Shown: positions 13,541-27,401, numbered from the stretch's first letter. The stretch is 64,000 nucleotides of DNA from Octopus vulgaris (GCA_951406725.2 OX597816.1:44950001-45014000), one strand, 5' to 3'. The notes: a model not told the origin generated them from the sequence alone. Numbers and translations are program-made.

Positions 13541-14927
13541 CGCCATGAAATGACTATTTGATGTTTCTAGCACCTATTGCTCAAGACGACAGTTTTTCTC
13601 AACGGCAAACTGCAGCGAAAACGGTCTTTATACAGTCCAAAGATGTCCCAAACACCGAACATATTTGGTCTAAACGTTTGTGTGTGTGTGTGTGTGTGAG
13701 CGCACACACATACACACACAAAGGCGGTACAAATACAGACAGATACATACTTTATATAATACATATATATATACATGCATATATATATATATATATATAT
13801 ATACAACTCAATCACAGAGTATTAGTCGACCGAGGCTATGGTATAAGGCAGTAACCCAAGTGTATAAATATGCATGAGTTTGAGAGTGTGTGTATGCATA
13901 AATTATATATACATACATACATACATACATACATACATACATACATACATACATACATACATACATACAAAGCATAGCCGTCACTCAGAAGAATATTAAC
14001 ATTAAATTAAATAAAAAATGGAAAATCCGAGAACACGTTATGCCATATATCAATGGCACGATATACAACAGAAAAATCATTTTTCTGAATACACTATCAA
14101 AAACCTCAATCACATACCTGAATACTCAAAAGGAGATTATTGGAAAATGCCACTATTTTCATATGTATTTTTGAAAAGTGTGGCAGCATACATCAGCACC
14201 AAACTAGATGTATTAAAACAGGTTAAAACAACCTATCTGAAGAATTTCTTTTAGAAACCTTTCAGTAACAAATCCACTCGACAGTGGAACTATTAATTTT
14301 ATAGAACATTTTACCTTCACACGCGCACAGCCGGTTCGTGTACTTTACGTGACATTCACATCCTGTTCGTGACTGCTAAAACATTAATAACATTGCAAAA
14401 ATAATAACACGGCGCTTTATTAATATAAACTATTACTGGACCGAGAGAAACATTACTAAACAAGACTAATCATAAATAATCCCCTATCAGTGTGTCACAG
14501 TGCACTTGACAAGAACTGCTATTCGTCTAAAGTGCACTGATATGGACCTGAAAGGGTTGTATGTGATAGAATGATCTTTTTCGTTGCATGATATTTCTGA
14601 TTATTAACATGCTGTTCATCGGGTGAAACTTAATGTAGCAAATAGCATGTAAGCGTTACACGATCACATACTCACACACACACACATGCTCAGACATTTG
14701 TGTATATATGTGTGTCGAAAAATAAAAGTTCATTGTGTTTGAAAAGTTACCTGATGAGATGTATCTCTATCTGTAATGCATGAAAATAGATTGTACAGCA
14801 TAACACTTGTAAGATATGGGAGTATAATGAGTCGAAACGATCATAGTGGTTTTGAATAAAGTCTCGTGAATTCCATTTTCTGTCTCCCAATATGTGTGTG
14901 TATGTACGTTTGTATGTATGTATGTAT

Positions 14928-14987
<60 letters not shown>

Positions 14988-15166
14988 GTATATATGTGCA
15001 TAAATATACAAATATATATATGTATGTATGTATGCATATATATATATATATATATGTATGCATAGATACACATATAGGCAAATATTATAAGTGCATGAAT
15101 ATATATGTATAAGTGTATGCACGTATATAGAAGTGTATGAATGTACATTCATATATAGCCTACCTG

Positions 15167-15218
<52 letters not shown>

Positions 15219-15553
15219 AAGTATACATGTGTGTGTATACGTATATATATGTATGTATGCATATGTCTAGATACATGCATGTATATGTATATATATATAT
15301 CACAGTATGTGTGTATATTGACTAACGCATTCATTTCCACCATTCTCAACCGATTTTCACTAAACTTTACACACACATTACTTATGTCCCAAGGATGGTC
15401 ATACACTATAACATTTTGCCCGGAATTCCCGCGTAAATTCTTTGTATGTACATAGTTTTTCTATGTAAGGTATTCCATACTTTTTAAATCCATATGGTTC
15501 CATATTGGCATTAGAGATTACTTTTTCATTTATTATTTATTTATCTGTTGTAA

Positions 15554-15718
15554 TTGTGTGTTATTACTTGGTTAGAGAATATTATAAAAGTTAATGGATT
15601 TTGTTTATTTTTTATGACTTTCCGCCTGTTATTATCTATTTATATGCTGAAATTGTGTATTATTACTTGGTTAGAGAATATTATAGAAGTGAAAGGATTT
15701 TGTCTATTTATTTCGACT
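15554..15718. repeat. Two-copy tandem duplication (about 100-bp period)
   Basis: TTGTGT.TTATTACTTGGTTAGAGAATATTATA occurs at about 15554 and 15653. Confidence 0.75.
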
Positions 15719-16561
15719 GTCCACCTGCGACGGTGTTTAAATTGACTAGGAACATTGTACGCGATGAATATCCGATACCAAACAATCTTAATCTTCATAA
15801 TTAAACTGTATTAAACTTTGGCGAGCTTACCTTTACCTATTCTGAGTTACTTGAAAGATGATATTCTCTTTTCCCTCTCTTCTAATTGTTGGTGCCTTTG
15901 TTTACCTACCAATGTGTTTAAGGATGCTTATTTACCCATCCATTATGATATTTTAAATGTGACATCTTTTCACTGTGAACTGCAAAAGATTCAAAGCAGT
16001 ATTAGTGAACTGAAGTCAAACTCTTCAAGTCTTCATTTTTCGTTACCTGAAGTCAATTTCAGAGAGGTCGTACTTTGTAAGCACGTAGCAAATACATTCC
16101 TTTAACTCTACTTTTTCAAGTAGGAATTATATTGCCATTTTTGAACGTACCATACATCTCACCGACAAAATAGCTTGTTTTGCTGTTGGATAAAATAAAA
16201 TCGCAGAGGAAAAACTCCAACGTCTTCCTTCAATTTCCTTACACCATTTATGTAGCTGTTTCTGATAAGAAATCTCGCTTTCATACAAAACAACTATATT
16301 TTGTAGTCATTATCCGTAATCTACGCCTAAAATACTTCAGTAGTTCTACTTTGCATCGCTTGCAAACTTATATATTCTAAGACCATTAAAGTGTAAAGAC
16401 CGCCACAATAAACATCCTCCAGTTTGGTTTTCTGTTCCTATGTTAATCGGAAACATAGATTGCCGTGCTACTCATAAACCTTCTTGGTAGTTCAATTATT
16501 TGGTAAAAAAAATACTACCAAAGCAACTTAAGCCGTCTAAAGAACGGGTGTGTTTGCTAGT

Positions 16562-16595
<34 letters not shown>

Positions 16596-17209
16596 TTGGA
16601 AGGGAAAACGTTTCAAAGGTAAAGAGAACCGAAGAAATCGTTCATTCTTCTTTGCAATAACCAGCATATCTTTCAAGTTACTTTGAACACTAGATGATCT
16701 TTCTTCTCTCTCCTCCGTCCCTCCGATTTTTTTAACGATGGTTCTTGTACTTTTCTTTCCATTAAATGTTTGATAATTTTTTACTTTATTTCTCCTTTAT
16801 TTTATATTCAATTTATATTTTAATTCTGTTTCGTTGTTCTAACAGCTTATTTTTATTTTCGTTTCGTAATTTTTTTCTCCTTCCTTTTTTTAATTTCTTA
16901 TTCGTTTGTTGATATTTTTGAAATCGTTTTTAATTTGTTTTTATTCTTGTTAATATTGTTGCTTCTTTGCTTTTTTGCTTATGTACCCAAAATAATAAAT
17001 AAGACAGAGATACTATTCATCACTTATTTTAAACGAGTCAACTGTATTCTTACTTCTACTTATATATTTTAATCTACAATTAGTTTTCACATCCACTCTC
17101 TCTTTCTCTCTCCCTCTTCGAATATATATATATACATACATACATTCACATATATATCTGTATCTGTAAACACATATAGAGACTGGTATCTTGTTGTGCC
17201 ACTATTTCC

Positions 17210-17240
<31 letters not shown>

Positions 17241-17379
17241 ATACATATATATATACAGAGATATGTGTGTGAGTTTGTATATATATATATATATATACAT
17301 ACATACACTAGCACACGGAATGAACAAAAAATGTATCATGTAGAAGAAGAAAAATCTCGAGTGTGTATGCATGGATGTA

Positions 17380-17419
<40 letters not shown>

Positions 17420-17433
17420 CACATGCATACATG

Positions 17434-17497
<64 letters not shown>

Positions 17498-17794
17498 TAC
17501 ATACATGTATATGTATATATGTATATTCATTTCCTTATTCAATTATCTATTTTTTTTAACAATTCTCTCACGTTTCTTATAAAAAGAAGAGAGATAAAAT
17601 AGTAATGAAAATAAAGATATAAAAATAAAAGAAACTAAGAGAAAGAAAATATTTTTTTAAATGACCAAGACATTAATTTGCATACACTGACATACATATC
17701 ATATACACATACTTGTACGTATATATATATATATTCGATTTAGCTTTCGATCAAATGTATATATATATTTACACACACACGGACAATAAAACGT

Positions 17795-18685
17795 TATGTG
17801 TATGTATGTATGTATGTATGTATGTATGTATGTATGTATGTATGTATGTATGTACGTACATATGTATGTATGTATGCATGCATGTATGTATGTATGTACG
17901 TACGTACGTATGTATGTATGTACATACGTACGTATGTATGTATGTTCGTATGTATGAATGTATGCATGTATGTATGTACGTATGTATGTATGTATGTACG
18001 TATGTATGTACGTATGTACGTACGTATGTATGTATGCATGTATGTATGTATATCTGTATGTATGTACGTATGTATGTATGTATGTATGTATGTATGTATG
18101 TATGTATGTATGTACGTACGTACGTATGTATGTATGTATGGATGTATGTACGTACGTATGTATGTATGTATGCATGAATGTATGTATGTATGTATGTACG
18201 TATGTATGTATGTATGTATGTATGTATGTATGTATGTATGTATGTACGTACGTATGTATGTATGTATGTATGTATGCATGCATGCATGTTTGTATGTACG
18301 TACGTACGTATGTATGTATGTACGTACGTACGTATGTATGTATGTTTGTATGTATGTATGTAGTATGTATGTATGTATGTATGTATGTATGCATGTATGT
18401 ATGTACGTACGTACGTATGTATGTATGTATGTATGTATGTATGTATGTACGTACGTATGTATGTATGTTTGTATGTATGCATGTATGTATGTACGTATGT
18501 ATGTATGTATGCATGTATGTATGTACGTATGTATGTATGCATGTATCTATGTATGTATGTATGTATGTATGTATGTATGTATGTATGTACGTACGTACGT
18601 ATGTATGTATGTATGTATGTATGTATGTATGTATGTATGTACGTATGTATGTATGCGTGCATGCATGTATGTATGTATGTATATG
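17795..18685. repeat. (TATG)n tetranucleotide array with TACG/CATG variants, about 890 bp
   Basis: Directly visible; explains the MYVC/HTYI ORFs. Confidence 0.95.
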
Positions 18686-18933
18686 AGAAAAAGAGAGTGA
18701 GATGGGGAAAGTACTATCATCAGATTTTGTAGCTGATAAGAAATACACTAAATCGAAAATTAAACAATCTGACTACTCGCTTATAATTAATTTTCTTTGT
18801 AGTTCTTCCTATTTCCGATTGAAATCTTTGGGGATTGATTTCTGTTATTATTTTTAAAAGCCCCCTCATATATATATATATATATATTTAGATATTTAGA
18901 TATATATATATATATATATAATACATATGTATG

Positions 18934-18979
<46 letters not shown>

Positions 18980-19028
18980 TATACATATATACACACACAC
19001 ACATGCATATATGTGTATGCATATATGT

Positions 19029-19105
<77 letters not shown>

Positions 19106-19393
19106 CAGATATATTTGCCAGCCTTCTTTTCTTTAGTTTTATGTTGGGTTTTGATGGGCGGTTTTTGCGTTGTTGTTGTTGTTGTTGTTGTTGCTCTTAT
19201 TGTTGGTGGTGCTGTTGTCACTGCTGCTGCTGCTGCTGCTACTGTTTGTTGTTGCTGTTATTGAAATTGCAGACCTGTTTTTAACTCAAATTGAAATAAA
19301 TATAGATACAAATATGAAACAAATGAAAACATTGGATCTCTATTATTAGACAATTCGCCATGAAGCCATCAATATTTATCAAAGTACATTTCG

Positions 19394-19435
<42 letters not shown>

Positions 19436-19837
19436 GTTGTTGTTGTTGTTTCAGATGACCAACTAACTATACAATCGGGATTTAATTGCTAAAAGAATTA
19501 CAGCCGGAGGCTCTTAGGTACTGCTATTTTCGAATATGTATAGTTCATTTTAATAACTCTAATCAATGCCAGAATATTTTGAAGAGCTTTTACCATTGGA
19601 TACAATCGTTAAATACATGTTTCTACAAATACAGTTCAGACTGATGTCTGTTCACCATTATTTTCTTTAAGCAATTCTTCTTGGTGACAATTTATCATTT
19701 GTTACTTGTTCGAATCACCTTGCAATTTAATGTTGATATGTCACTTAAGTGTTTAGCGATATACACACACGCACACATACATGCATACATACATACATAC
19801 ATACATACATACATACATACATACATACATACATACG

Positions 19838-19893
<56 letters not shown>

Positions 19894-19898
<5 letters not shown>

Positions 19899-20101
19899 AT
19901 CCAAACATGAAAACACAAAGAGAAAACACAACTACGCGAGGACGTGGAACAAGTATAGTATTATTGGACGCTCAGGAAAGAAGGAAAGAAGGAGGGTTTA
20001 ACGTTTCGAGTGGAGCTCTTCGTCAGAAACATATGAAAAGGAAAGATCCAAAGAAGGGAAGACGGAGGAAAAAAATCGCCAACGGTACACACGCGGTCAC
20101 A
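19894..20101 (-). mobile_element. (TA)n-embedded short element with hammerhead (family H1; Penelope-like pLTR candidate)
   Basis: Bounded by TA runs; inverted homolog at 40930-41136. Confidence 0.75.
19996..20030 (-). ncRNA. Minimal type-I hammerhead ribozyme motif
   Basis: Minus strand: GUUU-CUGACGA-A-GAGCuccACUC-GAAACGUU-AAAC. Helix I GUUU/AAAC, intact core, one mismatch in helix II, palindromic helix III AACGUU. Confidence 0.72.
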
Positions 20102-20121
20102 TTATATATATATGTACTGGC

Positions 20122-20155
<34 letters not shown>

Positions 20156-20157
20156 AT

Positions 20158-20564
20158 ACTCTTTACTCTTTTACTTGTTTTAGTCATTTGACTGCGGCCA
20201 TGCTGGAGCACCGCCTTTAGTCGAGCAAATCGACCCCAGGACTTATTCTTTGTAAGCCTAGTACTTATTCTATCGATTTCTTTTGCCGAACCGCTAAGTT
20301 ACGCGGACGTAAACACACCAGCATCGTTTGTCAAGTGATGTTGGGGGGACAAACGCAGACACACAAACATACATACACATATATATATATATACATATAT
20401 ACGACGGGCTTCTCTCAGTTTCCGTCAACCAAATCCACTCACAAGGCTTTGGTCGGCCCGAGGCTATAGTAGAAGACACTTGCCCAAGGTGCCACGCAGT
20501 AGGACTGGACCCGGAACCATGTGGTTGGTAAGCAAGCTACTTACCACACAGCCACTCCTGCGCC
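20158..20564 (-). mobile_element. SINE family B, full length
   Basis: Same head, CORE-like motif and tail as 5543-5974. Confidence 0.88.
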
Positions 20565-20631
<67 letters not shown>

Positions 20632-20636
20632 CATAT

Positions 20637-20953
20637 ATAATAATAAATATTAGGGAATAAATCCAAACTTACAGGGAAAAATCAGATTTAGGATTGAATC
20701 CAATTTTATAGTAAAATATTATATTATATTAAATTAGAGACAAAACCACTATTATGCAAATCAAACAAAGAAAGACTTAAGCCAATACATAAATTAATTT
20801 ATATTATTTAGAAATGTAACAATTATTAAATATTAGTGGATATTAATAATTGTTACATTTCTAAATAATATAAATTAATTTATGTATTGGCTTAAGTCTT
20901 TCTTTGTTTGATTTGCATAATAGTGGTTTTGTCTCTAATTTAATATAATATAA
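20637..20953. mobile_element. Fold-back element, family H2 (short form lacking hammerhead)
   Basis: About 110-bp inverted arms 20719-20829 and 20843-20953; left unique part nearly identical to 23126-23280; TA runs on both sides. Confidence 0.85.
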
Positions 20954-20955
20954 AC

Positions 20956-21100
<145 letters not shown>

Positions 21101-21501
21101 TAGATATAGATATATATACATACACACATACATATATATGTACTAGCTTAAAAGTCGCCCTGTCAGGCGGCTTTTAAGCTAACTCCTGGGAGGACTCTTC
21201 ATTAGGCCTTGGGCCCAACAATGACCCTTCATGCTCTGAGAACATATTAAATTTTAATAAACTTGAACAATTTTCATCAAAACAATGATATAATTTGTCG
21301 ACTTGAAACTTGTTGCAAAGCTGCATTTTAAACAACAGTACTACCACCATCACCACCACATCTGCTATACACACATCATTCCGGTTTCTGACGCCATCAC
21401 CATCAATACATTTGAAATCGCCGCTTTCTCCTCCACCACCATCACCACTGTCTTTTACATCACTTACTGGCAGCGTCATCCTTAACCGCCTCGGCTACCA
21501 C

Positions 21502-21629
<128 letters not shown>

Positions 21630-22351
21630 GTGAGGGTATTTTATATATCAAGCGCAAGCTTATTTATTTGTTTATTTGCATCATTATCTTTCTGTCCCCG
21701 TATATATATATATATATATATTCTGTAAATAATAATTATAATCTTATAAGAGTTCACCGTCTCTTATTTTCGCGATGAGCGTGCTGACCCATTACACCAA
21801 CTTACTCACCAATGTCTTTCCGTTAGATTTAGAAACTCTGATTCCATAGATCGATTCCCGCGAGTACTAATACCCTTTTTTCCCGTCAAGGGCCAATACA
21901 CGGTGAACTCTTATAAGCTTAAAGCCTATAATTATTATTCAGATTCATTAACTCGTCGATATTTCTTAATCAAGCACAGAATACACACATGTTTGTTTGT
22001 TTACTCAACACTTTGATAGCATATTTCCTAAATCTAACGGAACGAAATTTGTTGCTAATTTGGTGTAATCGATCAAGATATTTGGTGTAATTGGCAAGAT
22101 TTTAAATGACTGTTGTTCTTTGAATCCCAAGCTATTGCAGTATGTGGTCTTCACTCTAAACGGGATGGGTGGGTCCTTTCGAATAATGCATGACCTCCAG
22201 TTCGTGAGCTAGTACAAATCTCGATGCCAATCAATATGTGTGTTCTAGTTTACGAATTCACGGAAGAAGAAATGTACTCAATAATACAAAATATAATGCA
22301 AAAGGAAAACTATACGTTTCGTATAAAGCCGAGGTTGAGCATTCACAGTTC

Positions 22352-22430
<79 letters not shown>

Positions 22431-22524
22431 AAATTAAGGATAAAATCTTTATAAGAAATTATCAGTAGTTAGCGTGAAAAATCTCGTAAGAGAAAAAATC
22501 TGTGAATTTTTCCACTTTGAAAAT

Positions 22525-22848
22525 ATTTATTTATATTATATAGAGGGTACTATTATTCATGGGTACCGCACGCTAGGAGGGACTCTTGCAGTCAAAACTA
22601 CTAAAATAAGCAAATTGTACCGAATGCAAAACTTCAAAGCAAGGCATTTAAAAACAGAATTTAGTTACATATCACCTGTGATTTCGCAATCAATGCAGAA
22701 CATGCATTCTATGCTCTGAATTCTGTTTTTAAATGCCTTGCTTTGAAGTTTTGCATTCGGTACAATTTGTTTATTTTAGTAGTTTTGACTGCAAGAGTCC
22801 CTCCTAGCGTGCGGTACCTACGAATAATAGTACCCTCTATATAATATA

Positions 22849-22856
<8 letters not shown>
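22525..22856. repeat. Long inverted repeat (about 135-bp arms, about 58-bp spacer)
   Basis: AGAGGGTACTATTATTC..AAAAACAGAATT vs AATTCTGTTTTT..GAATAATAGTACCCTCT; few mismatches. Confidence 0.9.
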
Positions 22857-22881
<25 letters not shown>

Positions 22882-22984
22882 GGTATGTATGTATATTGTA
22901 TGTGTGTATATATATATGTATACAAAATATAATGCAAAAGGAAAACAATACGTTTCGTATAAAGCCGAGGTTGAGCACTCACAG

Positions 22985-23016
<32 letters not shown>

Positions 23017-23084
23017 GGTATGTATGTATATTGTATGTGTGTATATATATATGTATATATATAATATAAAATATATAATGTGTG

Positions 23085-23129
<45 letters not shown>

Positions 23130-23309
23130 AATATTAGGGAATAAATCCAAATTTACAGGGAAAAATCAGATTTAGGATTGAATCCAATTTTATAGTAAAA
23201 TATTATATAATATTAATTAGAGACAAAACCACTATTATGCAAATCAAACAAAGAAAGACTTAATCCAATACATAAAAAATTTTATATAAATTAAATAAAA
23301 TTAAGTTAT

Positions 23310-23355
23310 CCACTACAATTGTTTCTTGTCACTTCTAAGGACATTCATCAGGTGG
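23310..23355 (-). ncRNA. Minimal type-I hammerhead ribozyme motif
   Basis: Minus strand: CCAC-CUGAUGA-A-UGUCcuuagaaguGACA-A-GAAACAAUUGUA-GUGG. Helix I CCAC/GUGG, helix II UGUC/GACA, palindromic ACAAUUGU helix III, GUA cleavage triplet. Confidence 0.8.
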
Positions 23356-23401
23356 TTTTCAGACCTTCTATTCAATTTTAAATTAATAGAAGGTCTGAAA
23401 A

Positions 23402-23447
23402 CCACCTGATGAATGTACTTAGAAGTGACAAGAAACAATTGTAGTAG
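23402..23447 (+). ncRNA. Hammerhead motif, mirror copy with one mismatch each in helices I and II
   Basis: CCAC-CUGAUGA-AUGUAcuuagaaguGACAA-GAAACAAUUGUA-GUAG. Confidence 0.65.
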
Positions 23448-23554
23448 ATAACTTAATTTTATTTAATTTACATAAAAAATTTTATGTATTGGATTAAGTC
23501 TTTCTTTGTTTGATTTGCATAATAGTGGTTTTGTTCTAATTAATATTATATATA

Positions 23555-23810
23555 TATAATATGTGACAATTATTCGGTTGCCATGATAAAACTCCGAGTT
23601 ATCGGGCATCAAAAAAATGCATTTTTTGATGGTCCGATAACTAAAGAGAAGCCAGCGTGGGTTTCCGCCTCGACATGCGAAACTCCGAGTTTTATCATGG
23701 CTACCGAACCGAATAATTGTCACATATTATATTTACAGATAAATTCCTCTATTTCAACAATAATCGAGGTCTCTTTCATTCTTTTGTTGTCTTACAATTT
23801 CTATCAATAT
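23555..23810. mobile_element. Fold-back element, family H3, degenerate
   Basis: Outer arms AATATGTGACAATTATTCGG..CATGATAAAACTC and their complement; inner hairpin GTTATCGG..CCGATAAC; unique tail homologous (inverted) to 27401-27470; hammerhead-like GATAA-CTAAAGA..GAAACTCCGAGTT-TTATC. Confidence 0.75.
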
Positions 23811-23921
23811 ATATATATATATATATAATCAACGAAAATGCATATTGCAAATAGAAAAAGGCTATTTATGACAGGCAACGACAAATATATACATTTAGAT
23901 TGACTGAGGTAGTAATACGAG

Positions 23922-23960
<39 letters not shown>

Positions 23961-24348
23961 GTGTATATATAATGTGCGTGTATGTATGTGTGTGTGTGAA
24001 TCGATAGGAATATGAAATCCGAGTATGTACCTTACAAGCAAGTTAGTATAATCTAAATTCTGGCTAACCACATAGATATATTTGCTTTGGATGAAATCAT
24101 AATGCAACTGAACCAATAGGATGCTATTGGATATCACATCCTAGAATATCTATACAGTAGAAACACGTTTCGGACGAAGTTTTAAAGGGAGTATATAATA
24201 TATATCACTGTAATAGAAAGCTTTGGGGATGTACAGTTCACCGTTCTTAAAATCATATTTATATGTGTGTGTATATGTGTGTATATAAATATGTGTGTGT
24301 GTTTGTGTGTGAGTGTGTGTATAGTATAGTATAGATAGATAGATAGAC

Positions 24349-24416
<68 letters not shown>

Positions 24417-24522
24417 TGATAGATAGATAGATGTGGTGAGATATTTCGTGGTTCAGTGTATATACATATATGTTATATATATATATGTGGGTGTGGGTGT
24501 GTGTAATATATATATAATATAC

Positions 24523-24628
<106 letters not shown>

Positions 24629-25561
24629 GTGGTAAGATATTTCGTGATTCAGTGCTGCCCCGCCTTAAAAGACATTTGAAAAGATTCGACAGATGAATTA
24701 TATTTACAAATAAAGATATAATGTTGGTTTAAACAGAGATGTGTCGACATTTGAATACAAATCTCAAAACTGTCCGTTTTGCTTGTACGTTTTTTTTTGT
24801 TGGTTATTTTTTTTTGTATATTGTTGCTCTTGTCTATATTATTATTATTCTCATCGTCTTCATCATCGTTGTCCTCGTCACCATCACCATTGTCGTCGTC
24901 ATCGTCATCATCATAATCATCATCATCATCACCGTTCTCATTGTCGTTATCATCGTTGTCGTTGTCAATTGTCTTTCGTTTCTTGTTATTGTATCTTTTC
25001 TTTATTAAAAAATTTTCAAGAAAAAAAGTAGACAATAATCAGCCACACAATCCCCAATCAAAATATACAAAGAAAAACTCTCATAGTTCTCGTACACTAA
25101 CACATGGTATCATCCAATGTTAGACAGAGCAGTGTGCTGTGTTGTACGCTTATTTACAACTAACAGCGTCTAGCTTCGTTTTATCTCGTAACTCAGCCTG
25201 CTCGTGAATTCCAGTAAAACAGTTTATTATGCAAATCTATCGTTGCCTCGGTTTCGTGATTCGATTTTAAGTATCTCCGTGTGTGTGTATAAGAGAGGAC
25301 GTCTGTCTCTTGGCTAGTGGTGTCGGTGTGGGTTGATGCTTGTGGTGATGGTGGTAGCAGCATTCTCATTCTGTTCCGTCAGGTGCTTTACTGAAACAAA
25401 TATTATAATTCGGACAGTAACGGTTACATGGTGTTCTTGAATTTTATATTTGTTTGTTTTTTTTGGCTTCTTTTTTTTTTTTTTTTTTTGGCTTCACACC
25501 CGACAGATGTGTTAACGTTGAAGACAAAAAACATAACATTTCCTTTTCGGCTGCCCTTAAA

Positions 25562-25598
<37 letters not shown>

Positions 25599-25889
25599 TT
25601 CTCTCTATCTCTCTCTCTCCTTCCTTCTCTTCCCACAACCGCTCACTTACAAATGTGAATAATTAATTAAACAAGCAAAGAAATAAATAAATATATAAAC
25701 AAAACAAATTATTCTAATTAAGACTGCGTGTGTAGGTGAGGTGAGAATATTTTCCATTGTATCTTGCTTTGCTTTTCATTTTTTTTTTTTTTCAGGAAAA
25801 TGGGGGATATCAAGAGAGAGTGAAAGAAGAAAAGAAAAGAAAAAGAAGAACAACAACGACGACGACGACGATGACAGCAAACGTATCTT

Positions 25890-26065
25890 GTACTCGTTTC
25901 AGTCATTGGACTGCGGCCTTTCTGGGGCACAGCCTTGAACGGTATAACCAATCAGACCAACCCTAGTAATTATGATTTTTTAAGATGGTTACTTATTCTA
26001 CCGAACTGCTAAGTTACACGATTGTAAACAAGCTACCACCGATTGTAAAGTGATTGAGGGGACAA

Positions 26066-26100
<35 letters not shown>
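25890..26100 (-). mobile_element. SINE family B 3' half, degenerate
   Basis: TTTCAGTCATTGGACTGCGGCC..CCGAACTGCTAAGTTAC..GGGACAAACAC. Confidence 0.6.
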
Positions 26101-26106
<6 letters not shown>

Positions 26107-26777
26107 GATGTGTGTGTGTGTGTGTGTGTGTGTGTAATTATCACCTTTGCCAACAGGATCTTATCCATATGCTTACATCTCTTGAAAATTTCAGATCTGG
26201 AATTCAACAATGCGGTGGAGTTCTTAAATCTGAAAAGGATCTGTGTTCTTTCAGTTACGTATAGCTGACATTTTTTGATCCGTTGACATATGGTGTGGAT
26301 TTTTCAACTATTTTCTGCATAATTGTATGTGGTGTGGCGTTAGACTTCAAACCACATAAGTGGCTAGCCAACTTACTAGCTGCTCCGCAGACTGTAGGGT
26401 CATAACCACTCAGCCTTACGACTTTATAGTCAAAGAAGACATAAATTTAATTCTCCCCCTCTTTCCTTTTTCTTTTTTCTGTTTCCTTTTCATTTTCCGG
26501 TGTTTTCAACCTTCCACCTTTTGCCTCTACTTCTTTCTCGCCTTTTTTCGTGTTTTCTCCTATCACATCGTTTTGTTTTAGCTTATGTCATGTAGGCAGA
26601 GCCTGAGGATTGCATGAAGACACCTAACGTATTATAAAATACTCTCTGGGTTATTTTCATCGCATGAAACTATTCGTAGTTCATAAAAATATATACTGTG
26701 CTTATCAAATAACATTTATCTCTCACCAGATGGAGTACTTTTTTTGTTGATCTTGCCATCACGGAACAGTACACTAA

Positions 26778-26942
<165 letters not shown>

Positions 26943-27351
26943 TATATACGATACGATACGAAATAATTTTTGTCTCTTTTTATGGAAACAAAAGGGTGTA
27001 TAGGACTGCAAGACTGCAAGAAAGAAATGCTCAAACGTAATTGAGACAAAGATAAATAAACATGGATCATAGAACAAACATGAAATTCGAGTCAACGACT
27101 TTATAAATAACACCATTCCTCCAAACATTTGATCATATATAAATATAACCGTGGTTCTTACACATATAAAAATATATATATATACACAAAAAACACAGAA
27201 GGTAATTTTATATATGCGAATAAAATACAAATATATAGATCGACCTATCAAAAAGACAAATACGACTAAAAATTCTGAATTGTGTCATGCTACTAAAAAA
27301 CTAAATAAACTAAGATAAATATATGTGTGTGTTTGCGTGTGTGTATGGATA

Positions 27352-27400
<49 letters not shown>

Positions 27401-27401
<1 letters not shown>

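Larger units (their letters stand above)
23126..23550. mobile_element. Fold-back element, family H2, with a hammerhead on each strand
   Basis: About 165-bp inverted arms centred on AATTTTAAAATT (about 23373-23385); TA runs on both sides. Confidence 0.85.

Noticed and set aside
17699-18748. 349-aa HTYI/MYVC ORFs
   Set aside because: Translation of the (TATG)n satellite.
22305-22352. Hammerhead-like CUGUGA..GAAACGUA on the minus strand (also 22940-22990)
   Set aside because: The core is one base short and helices I and II are unconvincing; left unresolved.
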